Source: Bacillota bacterium (GTDB lineage: Bacteria; Bacillota; UBA5301; JAMCQP01). From it: DNA of 64,000 nt. A program made the position numbers and the translations under genes. The notes under the pieces were generated by a model, which did not search any database, was not told the DNA's origin, and was given only the letters and a program-made list of their open reading frames with translations. Location: contig JAMCQP010000034.1 in assembly GCA_023381695.1 (NCBI GenBank), forward strand, positions 72,617 to 136,616, in the 5' to 3' direction. Positions 16,496-26,527 of this stretch are shown here, piece by piece; position 1 is the first letter of the stretch, and each line of letters opens with the position of its first letter.

Positions 16496-18136
16496 CTATT
16501 TTGACCGATGCGCCGGGGGGTGTGGCGCCCCCGGGGTCCGCGCCAGTTCCCCCAGAACCATGGCATCCGTGAGAAACTCCAGGGGAGCCCGGTTGTCGGT
16601 GAGCACCAGGGCGGGGCGGGAGGGGAAGGAAGCATCAGCGCCCGGAGAGCCGGGAAGGGTGGATGGTGCAGTGGCCGTGGGCAATGCCGTGGACGAGAGA
16701 CCAACAGGGGTGAAACTGGAAAAGTTGGCTCGAAAGAGCCGGGAAACGGCGCCAAGGGACGGGTTTTTCATGTGGGAGGCCAGGATTTCCGGGTCAACCG
16801 GGGAGTCGCTGGCCACCACCAGGTAGTTGAGGCTGCTCCAGCCCGTGGAGATCACGTAGGTAAATGGATACACGGCCCGGATGGTGGTGGCAATGCTCTG
16901 TAAAATCCGGGAGCGGCTTTCCAGCGCGTTCACATTGATGGCCAGGATCCCGCCCGGGCGCAGGTGTTTTCTGGTCAGCGCGAAGAACTCCCGCGTGGCC
17001 AGGTGAAAGGGGATGTAGATCTGGTTGGAATAAGCGTCGACAATGATGATGTCGTAGCGCTTCCTGGTTTGCGCCAGGTAGATGCGCCCGTCGGCGACAA
17101 AGACCCGGCCCTCTCGGCCGGTGATGCCGAAATATCTTCCGGCCAGGCGCGCGATCTCTGGATCGAGTTCCACCCCCTCCAGATCTATTTTGAATGCGCC
17201 GCGCAACAGGTGGTGGTACTGCCGGGCGATGGTTCCCCCGGCAAATCCCACCACTAAAACGTTCTTCTGGGGGTCCGCGGGCCGCAGGTAAGGCAGCATG
17301 AGCAGGTAGTCGGAGTACCAGCCGGTCAGAAACTGCGTGGGATGGTATGACGACTGGATGCCCCCGCCCTCGTTGGTCTCCAGGTACAGCCACTCCCCAT
17401 TCCGGAGGATGCGCACGTACTGGTACGGCGTCTCCTTTTCATAGACGGTGGCGGGCTCCGTTTTGATGCCCGTGGGGCCAAGCCAGGCCATGGCCAGGGG
17501 TATCAACGGCAAGAGGAGAAACCGGCGTTTCCCCAACCCCAGGACGCTGGCGGTCACCAGCAGGAACCCGAAGATGTAGACGGTTTGCCGGGAGCCCAGC
17601 GTTGGAATGATAAACAGGGCGGAGGCAAAGGTGCCAACCAGGCTGCCGAGAGTGGAGACGGCGTAAAGGTTGCCGGAGGTATTTCCGGTGCGGTCAAGAT
17701 TGTTGGCGAGGATCCGGATGCTGAACGGGCTGATGATTCCCAGAAGGACCACGGGCGGGAAAAAGACCAGGAGCGTGGCCAGAAAGGAACCGGCCGTGAG
17801 ATAGAAGGGGGTGCCCATGATGTCCCGGCTTACCGCCTGAAGGATCAGACGGGTGATGGAGGGAATGATGCTGAAATACAGCCCGGCTCCCGCGCCGATG
17901 CCGTAGAGGATGGAAACATCCGGGCTCCGGTCGGCCAGGCGTCCGCCCAGATAATATCCCACCGAAAGGGCCAGCATGATCAGGCCGATCAGATTGGCCC
18001 AGACAATCAAGGATGTCCCGAAGTTCGGCGCCAGAAGCCTGGAGGCGGCCATTTCCAGGGCCATGGTGCTGGCGCCGGCGATGAAGACGAAAAGGTAGAG
18101 GAATTGCTGCTGGTTTCCGCTCTTATTCTTGCGCAT
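16496..18136 (-). CDS. Fused polytopic membrane domain / spermidine synthase-like aminopropyltransferase
   Basis: The N-terminal part has about 7 TM helices. The C-terminal part has VLVVGFAGGTIARQY, GVELDPEI and YDIIIVDAYS (class I methyltransferase / spermidine synthase fold). Confidence 0.8.
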   Translation of the reverse strand: MRKNKSGNQQQFLYLFVFIAGASTMALEMAASRLLAPNFGTSLIVWANLIGLIMLALSVGYYLGGRLADRSPDVSILYGIGAGAGLYFSIIPSITRLILQAVSRDIMGTPFYLTAGSFLATLLVFFPPVVLLGIISPFSIRILANNLDRTGNTSGNLYAVSTLGSLVGTFASALFIIPTLGSRQTVYIFGFLLVTASVLGLGKRRFLLLPLIPLAMAWLGPTGIKTEPATVYEKETPYQYVRILRNGEWLYLETNEGGGIQSSYHPTQFLTGWYSDYLLMLPYLRPADPQKNVLVVGFAGGTIARQYHHLLRGAFKIDLEGVELDPEIARLAGRYFGITGREGRVFVADGRIYLAQTRKRYDIIIVDAYSNQIYIPFHLATREFFALTRKHLRPGGILAINVNALESRSRILQSIATTIRAVYPFTYVISTGWSSLNYLVVASDSPVDPEILASHMKNPSLGAVSRLFRANFSSFTPVGLSSTALPTATAPSTLPGSPGADASFPSRPALVLTDNRAPLEFLTDAMVLGELARTPGAPHPPAHRSK

Positions 18137-18299
18137 GAAAAGTCACCGTTTTTATGGCCATTATGCCCCTATCGCCGGGCGGTGATACGGTTTGCGTAAT
18201 ACGGCTTTAGAAAACCTTCCGGGAATGTTCCTGGCAAAGCAGGAACTCCGGCACAGGGGGGCGAAACATCAAAAGATAGTTATTGATGGCAGGTGACCG

Positions 18300-19169
18300 A
18301 TGGGATTCATGCTTAAACCGGAGATCAAGTTGGTGGCCCTGGATCTGGACGGGACTATTCTGGACAGCCGGGGGAAGATTGCCGCGGGGGTAAAGGAAAC
18401 TATCGGCGCCGCAAGGCAGCAGGGGGTGGTGGTGACCATCGCCACCGGCCGCCGTCTTTTGTCCACCCAACCATTTGCGGAAGAACTCGGGATTTGCCTG
18501 CCCCTGGTGGTCCATAACGGCGCGGTGGTTCTGGACCCCTGGGATGGGGCCCTTCTGGAACATCTGCCCCTGAAGACCGCCCAGGCGGAGCTTGTCGTGG
18601 AATTGGGGCGGGAGTACGGGCTTTCCGCAGTGGTGGCGGATAATTTTCTGGAGAGCGAGTACTTCTTCTATGATGACGAGTCCAAGGATGCGGAGATGAG
18701 CGCTTTTGCCAGCAAGGCCATCGGGCGGGTGGAATCGTTGCTGCCGCTGAAGATTCGGGAGCCGCTGAAGGTGATGTTTGTCGACAGCCGGGAGAAGATC
18801 CGGCGGATGCTTGAACCCCTGCAAAAGGCGTTGGCCGCGGAAACGAAGATCATCGTCTATGGCGAGGAGACGACGCCCAGGTGGGGGATCGAGGTTTTTC
18901 ACCAAAACTCTTCCAAGGCCCACGGGGTCGAGATTGTGGCCAGGCGTTACGGTTTTCGGCGGGAGGAGATCCTGGCGATGGGCGACGATTTTAACGACCT
19001 GGAAATGGTGGAATACGCCGGCATAGGGGTGGCGATGGGCAACGGGGTGGCCGCCGTGCGGGCCGCCGCCGATTTTGTAAGCGGCACCAACGATGAGGGC
19101 GGCGTGGCCAGCGCATTGGAGAAGTATGTCCTTCTGCCGGGGAACAAAAAGGCGGGCGGGATCGTTTAA
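18300..19169 (+). CDS. Cof-type HAD-IIB family hydrolase
   Basis: LVALDLDGTIL, the cap region, and GDDFNDLEMVEYAGIGVAMGNG. Confidence 0.85.
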   Translation: MGFMLKPEIKLVALDLDGTILDSRGKIAAGVKETIGAARQQGVVVTIATGRRLLSTQPFAEELGICLPLVVHNGAVVLDPWDGALLEHLPLKTAQAELVVELGREYGLSAVVADNFLESEYFFYDDESKDAEMSAFASKAIGRVESLLPLKIREPLKVMFVDSREKIRRMLEPLQKALAAETKIIVYGEETTPRWGIEVFHQNSSKAHGVEIVARRYGFRREEILAMGDDFNDLEMVEYAGIGVAMGNGVAAVRAAADFVSGTNDEGGVASALEKYVLLPGNKKAGGIV

Positions 19170-19263
19170 TCTTGCAGGAAATCGCTTTTCCGGGGAGAAT
19201 ACTTACTGGCGGTTTGCCCTTCTGCGGAAAAAGTTCGGCGATAGAGAATAAGGGGATAACGTG

Positions 19264-20460
19264 ATGATCGGCATAACAAGCCTTCTGGTTGGTTCCGACA
19301 ACTTTGGCGACTCGCTTCGCTACACGGAGCGGTCCAAAGGCCAGGTGAACGGCGCCATTGCGGGGCAGGGCCCCGTGGTGGTCTGGAACTCCACCCGGAC
19401 CTGTAATCTTAATTGCATCCACTGCTACATGGACGCCAAGAATCAAAAATATACCGGGGAACTGACCACCGTAGAGGCCAAAAAGTTTATCGACGATCTC
19501 GCGGAGTTTAATGTGCCGGTCTTGCTCTTTTCGGGCGGGGAACCGCTGATCAGGCCCGATTTCTTTGAACTGGCCGAGTATACCATGAGTCGTGGGATTC
19601 GGGTGACGATCTCCACCAACGGAACGTTGATTACCCGCGAGGTGGCCGGCCGGTTGAAGGAGATCGGCGTCGGCTACGTGGGAATCAGCCTGGACGGGCT
19701 GAAAGAGGCCAACGATAAATTCCGCGGCAAGGATGGGGCTTTTGACGCCGCGCTGCGCGGGATCGAAAACTGCGTGGCGGCGGGGCAAAAGGTGGGCCTG
19801 CGCTTCACCATCAACCGGCACAACTACGACCAGCTTGACGGCATCTTTGATCTCATTGAGGAGAAGAAGATCAACCGGGTCTGCTTCTACCACCTGGTCT
19901 ACTCCGGCCGGGGCAGCGAGATGGTCCGGGAGGATGTGACCCGCGAGGAGTCCCGCGCGGCCATGGATCTGATCATGGAGCGCACGATGGATTTTGCCCG
20001 CCGCGGCGACACCAAGGAGATTCTCACGGTGGACAACCATTGCGACGCCATTTACATGTACCTTCAGGTTCGCAAAAAAGACCCGGTCAGGGCCGAAGAG
20101 ATACTGAGGCTGGTGCGCAACACCAACGGCGGGAACCGTTCCGGAATCGCCATCGCCGAAGTGGATCCCCTGGGGGATGTGCACCCGGATCAGTTCACCC
20201 AGCATGTCACCTTCGGCAATGTTCGCGAGCGCAAGTTCGGCGAGATCTGGACCGATACCTCCAACCCGATCATGGCTGGCCTGAAGAACCGCAAACCCCT
20301 TCTCAAGGGGCGCTGCGCCAAATGCCAGTGGCTTGACGCCTGCAACGGCAATTTCCGGGCGCGGGCGGAGGCGGTTACCGGCGATTTCTGGGAGTCCGAC
20401 CCGGCTTGCTATCTTGCCGACGAGGAGATTGGCCTGGCTAAGGCGGCAGGCGTGGCCTGA
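19264..20460 (+). CDS. Radical SAM/SPASM protein of the NirJ/AhbC/AhbD (alternative haem biosynthesis) family
   Basis: CNLNCIHCY radical-SAM motif, [18 protein letters not shown], and a C-terminal Cys-rich SPASM-like region ([19 protein letters not shown]). Confidence 0.75.
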   Translation: MIGITSLLVGSDNFGDSLRYTERSKGQVNGAIAGQGPVVVWNSTRTCNLNCIHCYMDAKNQKYTGELTTVEAKKFIDDLAEFNVPVLLFSGGEPLIRPDFFELAEYTMSRGIRVTISTNGTLITREVAGRLKEIGVGYVGISLDGLKEANDKFRGKDGAFDAALRGIENCVAAGQKVGLRFTINRHNYDQLDGIFDLIEEKKINRVCFYHLVYSGRGSEMVREDVTREESRAAMDLIMERTMDFARRGDTKEILTVDNHCDAIYMYLQVRKKDPVRAEEILRLVRNTNGGNRSGIAIAEVDPLGDVHPDQFTQHVTFGNVRERKFGEIWTDTSNPIMAGLKNRKPLLKGRCAKCQWLDACNGNFRARAEAVTGDFWESDPACYLADEEIGLAKAAGVA

Positions 20461-22187
20461 TCCCGTTGCGCGCTTAACTTCTGAATCTTTTCGATGACGG
20501 CTTTCGCCTGAGCGACCTGGTTCCGGGCGATCTCGGCCTGGTGCTCGATTGTCTCCAGGAGCTTTCCATTGAACTTGTTAATCTCTTCGGTCTGGGAACC
20601 AAGCTCTTCCATGGAAGCGGTGGTCTGCTCCACCTGGGCGGCGATTTGCTGGACGGCGGATTGGACCTGGTTTGCGGCGCTCTTCACCTCTTCAATGCCG
20701 CCGGCCTGTTCCCTGGCGATCGCCACACTGCCGTCGATATTTTGTTTGATGTTGATGAAGGCTTCGGAGATCTTCGCAAAGACGTTCGCCACCTCGGCGG
20801 CGTCGTGAGAGACGTTTGACACACCGCTGATGGTCTTGTTCATCGACGAGATCACTTCTCCCGTGGCATTTTGAACCCCGCCGGTGATCTTTTTGATCTC
20901 TTCGGTCGCCCGGGCGCTGGCCTCGGCCAGCTTGCGCACCTCGTCCGCCACCACGGCGAAACCCCTGCCGTGTTCCCCCGCGCGCGCGGCCTCGATGGCG
21001 GCGTTGAGCGCCAGGAGGTTGGTCTGGTCGGTAATGCCGATGATCGTTTCCAGAATCTCGCCCACCTGGCGAATCTCATCCTCAAAGCTGTTGATCTTGC
21101 CCTTTATGGAATCCGTGGCCTGAGCATACGATTCGATGGTTTGAACCGTCTGCTCGATCACCTGGTTGCCGCGGCCAATCTTCTCTTCAGTGTCGCCGAT
21201 GACCTTGAAGGCGCCCTTTGCGGCTTCAAGGGTCTGGTGCGATTGGCCGACGACCCTCTCGACCAGCGAGGAGACATTGTCCATGGCTTTGGAGATGTTT
21301 TCGACCGCCGCCGATGAACTCTCGGTTCCCTTGATGACCTCGCTTATGGCGGTAAGTACGTCCACAAAAGCGTTTTTAACCTGAGCCGCGGAGTTGATGG
21401 CCTCTTCGGTGGCCTTCGAGGACTCTTCGGCCTGTTGCGCGGAGGCTTCGGCCGCTGCTTTGACTTCCTGGTTCACCCTCTTGAGCGACCGGGTGATCAT
21501 GATAATCAGGACGACGCTCAACAATATTACAAACCCGGCCAGAATGCTGACCGATCTGGTGGTACTCTCGCTGGTGGAGACCACCTGCTTCGTCTCCTGG
21601 AAGGTCTCGTTCCACAGGGCAAGCTTGGCCGTGGTCGCGGTCTGTTCCATGGTGCTGGACAGGGTGGCGACCCTTTCCATCCCGTTGCTGCCGCCTGGCT
21701 TGCCCTGGCCTGTAGTCTGAGACATAAGTTGGCCCTGCTGCTGGAGCTCTTTCAGCGTTTTCGACAGGTCTTGCAGGGAAGGCGGGATCTTGCCCCCCAG
21801 CGATTGGAGGATCTGGGAGAGGTAGAGGCTGTCCATGGCCCCCACCTGCGAGGAGAGTTTTGTCCCCAAGCCTGCCAGGGTTTCCGGTGTCTGGTTCAAG
21901 AAGGTCGATTGCACATCGCCCTGGAGCTTGGAGGCTTCCAGGAGGACCTCGCCGACGGCCTGCGTGGCCGGAAGCAGCTTTGAATCGATATAGCCAATGC
22001 CCGAGGTTATATTCCGGGTATTGTAGATTACAATCCCGCTAAAAAGGATCATCAATAAGAGGATGGTTATAAAACCCCACTGAACGCCTTTGGCGACCGT
22101 AACCCGGTTGCCCATGTCCTGCCACCAGTTGCTGCGTTTCAGCTTCGATGTTTTCTTGGGCGCCTGGCCTGACGAGGATTTCTTCAA
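20409..22187 (-). CDS. Methyl-accepting chemotaxis protein
   Basis: Two TM helices flank a sensor region. The highly conserved signalling hairpin [35 protein letters not shown] is present. Confidence 0.9.
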   Translation of the reverse strand: MKKSSSGQAPKKTSKLKRSNWWQDMGNRVTVAKGVQWGFITILLLMILFSGIVIYNTRNITSGIGYIDSKLLPATQAVGEVLLEASKLQGDVQSTFLNQTPETLAGLGTKLSSQVGAMDSLYLSQILQSLGGKIPPSLQDLSKTLKELQQQGQLMSQTTGQGKPGGSNGMERVATLSSTMEQTATTAKLALWNETFQETKQVVSTSESTTRSVSILAGFVILLSVVLIIMITRSLKRVNQEVKAAAEASAQQAEESSKATEEAINSAAQVKNAFVDVLTAISEVIKGTESSSAAVENISKAMDNVSSLVERVVGQSHQTLEAAKGAFKVIGDTEEKIGRGNQVIEQTVQTIESYAQATDSIKGKINSFEDEIRQVGEILETIIGITDQTNLLALNAAIEAARAGEHGRGFAVVADEVRKLAEASARATEEIKKITGGVQNATGEVISSMNKTISGVSNVSHDAAEVANVFAKISEAFINIKQNIDGSVAIAREQAGGIEEVKSAANQVQSAVQQIAAQVEQTTASMEELGSQTEEINKFNGKLLETIEHQAEIARNQVAQAKAVIEKIQKLSAQRDQATPAALARPISSSAR

Positions 22188-22394
22188 CAGTGATCCCCTC
22201 CTGCGTATCTGCGCGTCTCGCGCGAAACATTCCGCTATTATTATCCGACATATTCGACCAATAGCTTAAGCACTTTTTGTGATCCTTTTTGATGTGTGAT
22301 GATGTCCTCGCATGGATAAACTTTTGTTGTGGCGAGAGAGGTGCATTTGGCACGGAGGCCAAGGCACCACGAAGCCCAGGGAGGGGCGAGAGAG

Positions 22395-24206
22395 GTGCAT
22401 CCATTGAAACAAGGGAAACGCCCTGAATCCGCTGTTCTCATCAGCATCATGCTGGCATCTTTTGTTTATATTTTCATGGCGATAATTGCCATGGCGCCCG
22501 CGAAAGCGCAAGAAGGCCAGGGGCTCGCCCTGTGGTTTGGCTCCGAACAGGACGAATCGGACTGGATCCAGTTCCAGTTTCCGGATGACTTTCCCAATAC
22601 CGCTCCCCTCATCCGCGATCTCCTGGCCACCCGCGGGTGGCGGCCCACCCGGCCGGAGCTCACGTTGAAAGAGGATCAAAGGCACCTGGAGGCGGAGTAT
22701 ACCTACCTTTTCGCCCGGGTGAGCAAACTTACAACGCCCAAGGGGTTGCGCAGGGAATTTTCGGTGGACGTCCGGCCTTTTCTCCAGGTCTTTGGCAAAT
22801 ATGGCGTTTTGAAACTTCCGGTCACCGTCTTCTTCCCCGCCGGCAAACTGCAGCACAATATTCCGCCCGCCTATGTGACGGAGAATATCCATCGGGGGTA
22901 TAAGCCCGGTTTTTTGGGGGTGGATTTCCTCCTCCCCACTTCCGGCGTGGTATCGACCCTGCCGGTTCTCCATGTGCAGTACGGGATCACCGTCCGGGAT
23001 CTTTTACGGCCCCTGTGGCTGGCGGGAGCGGTGATTCTGTTGCTGCTGGTCGGCGTGGGCTTAATAGCCTGGCTTGCTCCGTTGGAGATCGCCAGGGGCG
23101 GCGTTTTTGGCGGACACCAATCCGGACCCCACGCCAGAGCGCGCCTTCTGGGAATCGCGGGCACAATGGGGGTGATCGGGGTGATCTCCCTGGTCTGGCT
23201 GTACGCCCATTTTGTGCCCGGCGAGATCCTGGTTTTTGCCGTGCCCTGGCTGCATGGGCTTAACAGGGTGATTGCCGCGGATCTATCCTTGCTCTTCCTT
23301 CTCTGGCTCTTCTGGAGCGGCGTGCTGATCGGGCTCTATCGCATTGAGGGGGCCGGGGGCCGGCCCGCGTGGACGATTCTGGATTATTATGGAAGCGGCA
23401 TGAAGCAATTGGCGTTGGTCCTCTTGCCGGTGGTGGCGGTGAGAGTGCTCTTTGATTACGGGGTCGCGGCCAGGCTCGGCAGGGAGATGGTTTCCGCGCC
23501 GCTTTTGGTCTTTGCTTCCATCCTGGTCCTGTTATTGTTCTATCCGAAACTGGTGGTGTCGGCGATGCGCGCCCACCCGGTGCGCGACAAGAAGATTTTA
23601 GAGGAGATCCATGAGATAGCTCTGAAGACGGATATCGACATCGGGGATGTGCGGGTCCTTGAAGTGGTCACCGGCCGGGTGGCCAGGGCGTTGATCACCG
23701 GCTTTCTGCACAAACGAATCTTTCTCACTGGCTATCTGATCACGCACATGACTCCCCAGGAGCGGCAGGGGGTGCTTCTGCACGAGATCGGGCATATCAA
23801 GAAGGGGCATCCTCTGCGCAAATTTATCCTGCAAGTCTCCGGTATCGGCCTGGCCATCGTTTTTGCGCGGGTGCTCGGCTACTGGGATCTTTTCGGCTCC
23901 ACTGCTTTCGGGGGCTGGGTGGTGGCCCTGGCTTTCCTGTTGATCTACAACGCCCGGCTGGTGGTGGTTCTTTCGCACAGGCTTGACCGGGCGGCGGACG
24001 ATTACGTGCTGGAAAAGGGCGGCGATCCACGCGCCTGGATCCGCACGCTGAATAAACTCGGGAAATTGCATGCCGTCCGGGCGAGAACCTGGCGGGGGAA
24101 GACCGTTTTCCTGCCGCCGGCTGGTTTTCGGCAAAGGATCAGGCGGATCGCCGTAAAAGGCGGGATTGCCAGGGAAGAATTGCGGGAACTCCTGGAAGGA
24201 GGGTGA
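22395..24206 (+). CDS. Polytopic M48-family (HtpX/Ste24-like) zinc metallopeptidase
   Basis: HEXXH as LLHEIGHIKKGH, embedded between TM helices, with a long N-terminal membrane region. The start is uncertain (GTG 22395 after a purine-rich SD; the ORF track gives 22329). Confidence 0.7.
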   Translation: MHPLKQGKRPESAVLISIMLASFVYIFMAIIAMAPAKAQEGQGLALWFGSEQDESDWIQFQFPDDFPNTAPLIRDLLATRGWRPTRPELTLKEDQRHLEAEYTYLFARVSKLTTPKGLRREFSVDVRPFLQVFGKYGVLKLPVTVFFPAGKLQHNIPPAYVTENIHRGYKPGFLGVDFLLPTSGVVSTLPVLHVQYGITVRDLLRPLWLAGAVILLLLVGVGLIAWLAPLEIARGGVFGGHQSGPHARARLLGIAGTMGVIGVISLVWLYAHFVPGEILVFAVPWLHGLNRVIAADLSLLFLLWLFWSGVLIGLYRIEGAGGRPAWTILDYYGSGMKQLALVLLPVVAVRVLFDYGVAARLGREMVSAPLLVFASILVLLLFYPKLVVSAMRAHPVRDKKILEEIHEIALKTDIDIGDVRVLEVVTGRVARALITGFLHKRIFLTGYLITHMTPQERQGVLLHEIGHIKKGHPLRKFILQVSGIGLAIVFARVLGYWDLFGSTAFGGWVVALAFLLIYNARLVVVLSHRLDRAADDYVLEKGGDPRAWIRTLNKLGKLHAVRARTWRGKTVFLPPAGFRQRIRRIAVKGGIAREELRELLEGG

Positions 24207-24419
24207 CGTTAAGAAGTGGCAACACAAGTTGCTTTCGTGCAACAGAATGGATCCCCCCTGGTCATGAAGGTTCTGGCTTTCTTGAGCTTATCTCGCGGCC
24301 TTGTTGAAAGTCTCCTGGGGTCGGGGTACAATTAAGGAAGGAGGCATGGTTTTTGCTTATGATTTTTAGGGGGATCTGACGTGCGCAGTATCGCGCATGA
24401 ATATTTGGGGGACCGGGAG

Positions 24420-25679
24420 ATGCGGATTATGAGGATGCTTCTCAAGTATGGGAGATCATACCGGGAGTTGACCATCGACGAGGCCAGGGTGAGCGAGATC
24501 ATCCGCGGAAAAGAAGGACCGGGGCTTGCGGACCCGGCCACCGCCGTAAAAAGGGCTCTAAAGGACCCCATAGGCGCCGGGCGGCTTTCCGAAATTGCCC
24601 GGGGAAAGAAGAATGTGGTGGTGGTGGTGAACGACATTACCCGCCCCACCCCCTACGGTTTCATGTTGCCCCCGCTTCTGGAGGAACTGAAAGAGGCGGG
24701 AACACCCGCCGAAACTATAAAATTTGTGGTCGCCACCGGCCTTCACCGCGGGCAGGCCCCCCGGGAGATGGAGGACCTTTACGGCCAGGAGGTGGTGGGG
24801 AGGTCCCGGTTCTTGAACCACGATTGTGACGGGGATCTGGTAAGCCTCGGGAAGCTCCGGTCCGGCAATGAGCTTTTTGTGAACCGGCAGGTGGCGGAAG
24901 CGGATCTGGTGGTCACCACCGGCGTGATTGGACCCCATTATTTCGCCGGTTTTTCCGGAGGGCGGAAATCAATCCTGCCCGGGGTGGCGGGCCGCCAGAC
25001 GGTCCAGAACAACCACTCCATGTTTGTGCGCACCGGGGTGTTAACCGGCAGGCTGGAAAAGAATCCGATCCATGAAGAGATGCTGGAGGCGGCCCGGCGG
25101 GTGGGGGTGGATTTCATCCTCAACGTGGTGACCAACACCTCCAGGGAGATCGTCGAGGTGGTGGCCGGGGATCTGGAGCAGGCCTGGCTGAAAGGGGTAA
25201 AGACCTTTACGGAGATGTACCGGGTTCCCATTCGCGCACGGTCGGATGTGGCCATCGCCAGCGCCGGAGGCTATCCCAAGGATATCAACCTTTACCAGGC
25301 GCAGAAGGCTCTGGAAAACGCCGCGGTGCTGGTGAGGGACGGTGGCACGGTGGTTTTGCTCGCCGAGTGCCCGGAAGGCTCGGGCGATGCGACCTTTGAG
25401 GAGTGGATGCGAGCCGCAAAGAATCCCGACGAGATCATCAACAGGTTGAAAGAGCGCTTTGTCATGGGCGGGCACAAGGCATATGCCTTTGCCACGGTCC
25501 TGCGCAAGAAAGAGGTGGTATTGATCTCCGGGCTGGGCAAAAGGTTTGCCGAAGAGATGCTCTTTACCCATGCGGGGAGCCTGGAGGAGGCTCTGGAATA
25601 CCTTCGCAAGAAGCACGGGGATGGTTACAGGGCGGCAATCTTGCCCGAAGCGGGCGCGGTGATGCCCGTGCTGGCCTAG
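24420..25679 (+). CDS. larA: Nickel-pincer-dependent lactate racemase family protein (LarA-like)
   Basis: VVVVNDITRPTP, ATGLHRG and PHYFAGFSGGRKSILPG are typical of the LarA N-terminal/catalytic domains. Confidence 0.85.
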   Translation: MRIMRMLLKYGRSYRELTIDEARVSEIIRGKEGPGLADPATAVKRALKDPIGAGRLSEIARGKKNVVVVVNDITRPTPYGFMLPPLLEELKEAGTPAETIKFVVATGLHRGQAPREMEDLYGQEVVGRSRFLNHDCDGDLVSLGKLRSGNELFVNRQVAEADLVVTTGVIGPHYFAGFSGGRKSILPGVAGRQTVQNNHSMFVRTGVLTGRLEKNPIHEEMLEAARRVGVDFILNVVTNTSREIVEVVAGDLEQAWLKGVKTFTEMYRVPIRARSDVAIASAGGYPKDINLYQAQKALENAAVLVRDGGTVVLLAECPEGSGDATFEEWMRAAKNPDEIINRLKERFVMGGHKAYAFATVLRKKEVVLISGLGKRFAEEMLFTHAGSLEEALEYLRKKHGDGYRAAILPEAGAVMPVLA

Positions 25680-25751
25680 ATTCCGGAAGAAGTTGCCCTC
25701 TTGCCAAGAAGCAGGGGAATCCGGTGAAATCCGAATAAGCGGGCGGTAACA

Positions 25752-25786
25752 ACGGCGGGCTCTTATCAGCAGGCCGTCTTTTTTTT
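25752..25786 (+). terminator. Probable intrinsic terminator after larA-like gene
   Basis: An imperfect GC stem (acggc..gccgt) is followed by a T8 run at 25779-25786. Confidence 0.5.
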
Positions 25787-25813
25787 GGCGGATGTCCAGG
25801 CCATGCATATAAT
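25785..25813 (+). promoter_or_regulatory. Sigma-A-like promoter (TTGGCG N17 TATAAT)
   Basis: TTGGCG at 25785-25790 and TATAAT at 25808-25813, about 40 nt upstream of the GTG start at 25850. Confidence 0.4.
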
Positions 25814-25849
25814 GGTGTATACAAAAATTTAAAAGAGAGGGGCGGGTTA

Positions 25850-26434
25850 GTGGTAACCGAAAGCAGAACTATTAACAGGAGCTTTACCAGAGTCGTCACT
25901 TATATCCTCTACGCCAACGCCTTAAAAGAATGTTTTGACAATCTGGCCTGGACCAGCCAGGGATTCTGGGTTTTTCTGGCAGTGACGGTGACGGTGATCC
26001 GTTACTTCCTTACCAATATCCTTTTTGAGGAAGATCTTCCTTCAACAGCCCCCGGGGGAAAGATCGGCGAGTTCGTGGGGTTCTGGTTAAATGTGGCGTT
26101 GGCTGGCACCGCTTCGCTGGTCGCCGAGGCCCAGAGCAGCGGAAGATTGTTCCATACACTCTTCCTGTTGATCCTCATCGATTTTGCATTGGGCGTTAAA
26201 ACCTGGCTGGGGCGCCGGCGCGGCTCGAACAACTTCAAGCTCACCATCAAGATTAAATTGGCTTCGGATCTGATTTGTGGGGGCTTTTTTCTCTTGATCT
26301 CTTACTACAATCCTGTAAGGCTGACCGCAGGGATGCCGTTGACCTCTTCATTGGCTGTGGCCATAGTGACCGCGCTTTTAATCACGGCGGCGGTGGATTT
26401 CGTGCTCAACAGCAAATTTTATCTTCTGGAATAA
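25850..26434 (+). CDS. Hypothetical polytopic membrane protein
   Basis: GTG start after a GAGAGGGG SD, with about 5 hydrophobic helices. The gene looks AT-richer by eye than its neighbours. No motif recognised. Confidence 0.5.
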   Translation: MVTESRTINRSFTRVVTYILYANALKECFDNLAWTSQGFWVFLAVTVTVIRYFLTNILFEEDLPSTAPGGKIGEFVGFWLNVALAGTASLVAEAQSSGRLFHTLFLLILIDFALGVKTWLGRRRGSNNFKLTIKIKLASDLICGGFFLLISYYNPVRLTAGMPLTSSLAVAIVTALLITAAVDFVLNSKFYLLE

Positions 26435-26527
26435 AGGGCCGGGGATCATCTGCCGATATCTGTACTGCAAGGCCGGCAAGCGCCGTTGCGAGGCTGCCGG
26501 CAAAGATCGCCAGATTGGAAGGATACG

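Noticed and set aside
18991-20205. 404-aa ORF on the minus strand
   Set aside because: It is antisense to the Cof hydrolase 3' end and the AhbC/D-like radical SAM gene. No motif is present. It is a shadow ORF.
20409-20460. Convergent 3'-end overlaps (AhbC/D-like with MCP, 52 nt; also 11903-11933 QueG-like with VanZ, and 29999-30037 GNAT with CPBP)
   Set aside because: These are real stop-codon positions, but such overlaps occur by chance in compact GC-rich genomes. I see no conserved structure or motif in the overlaps that would suggest antisense regulation.
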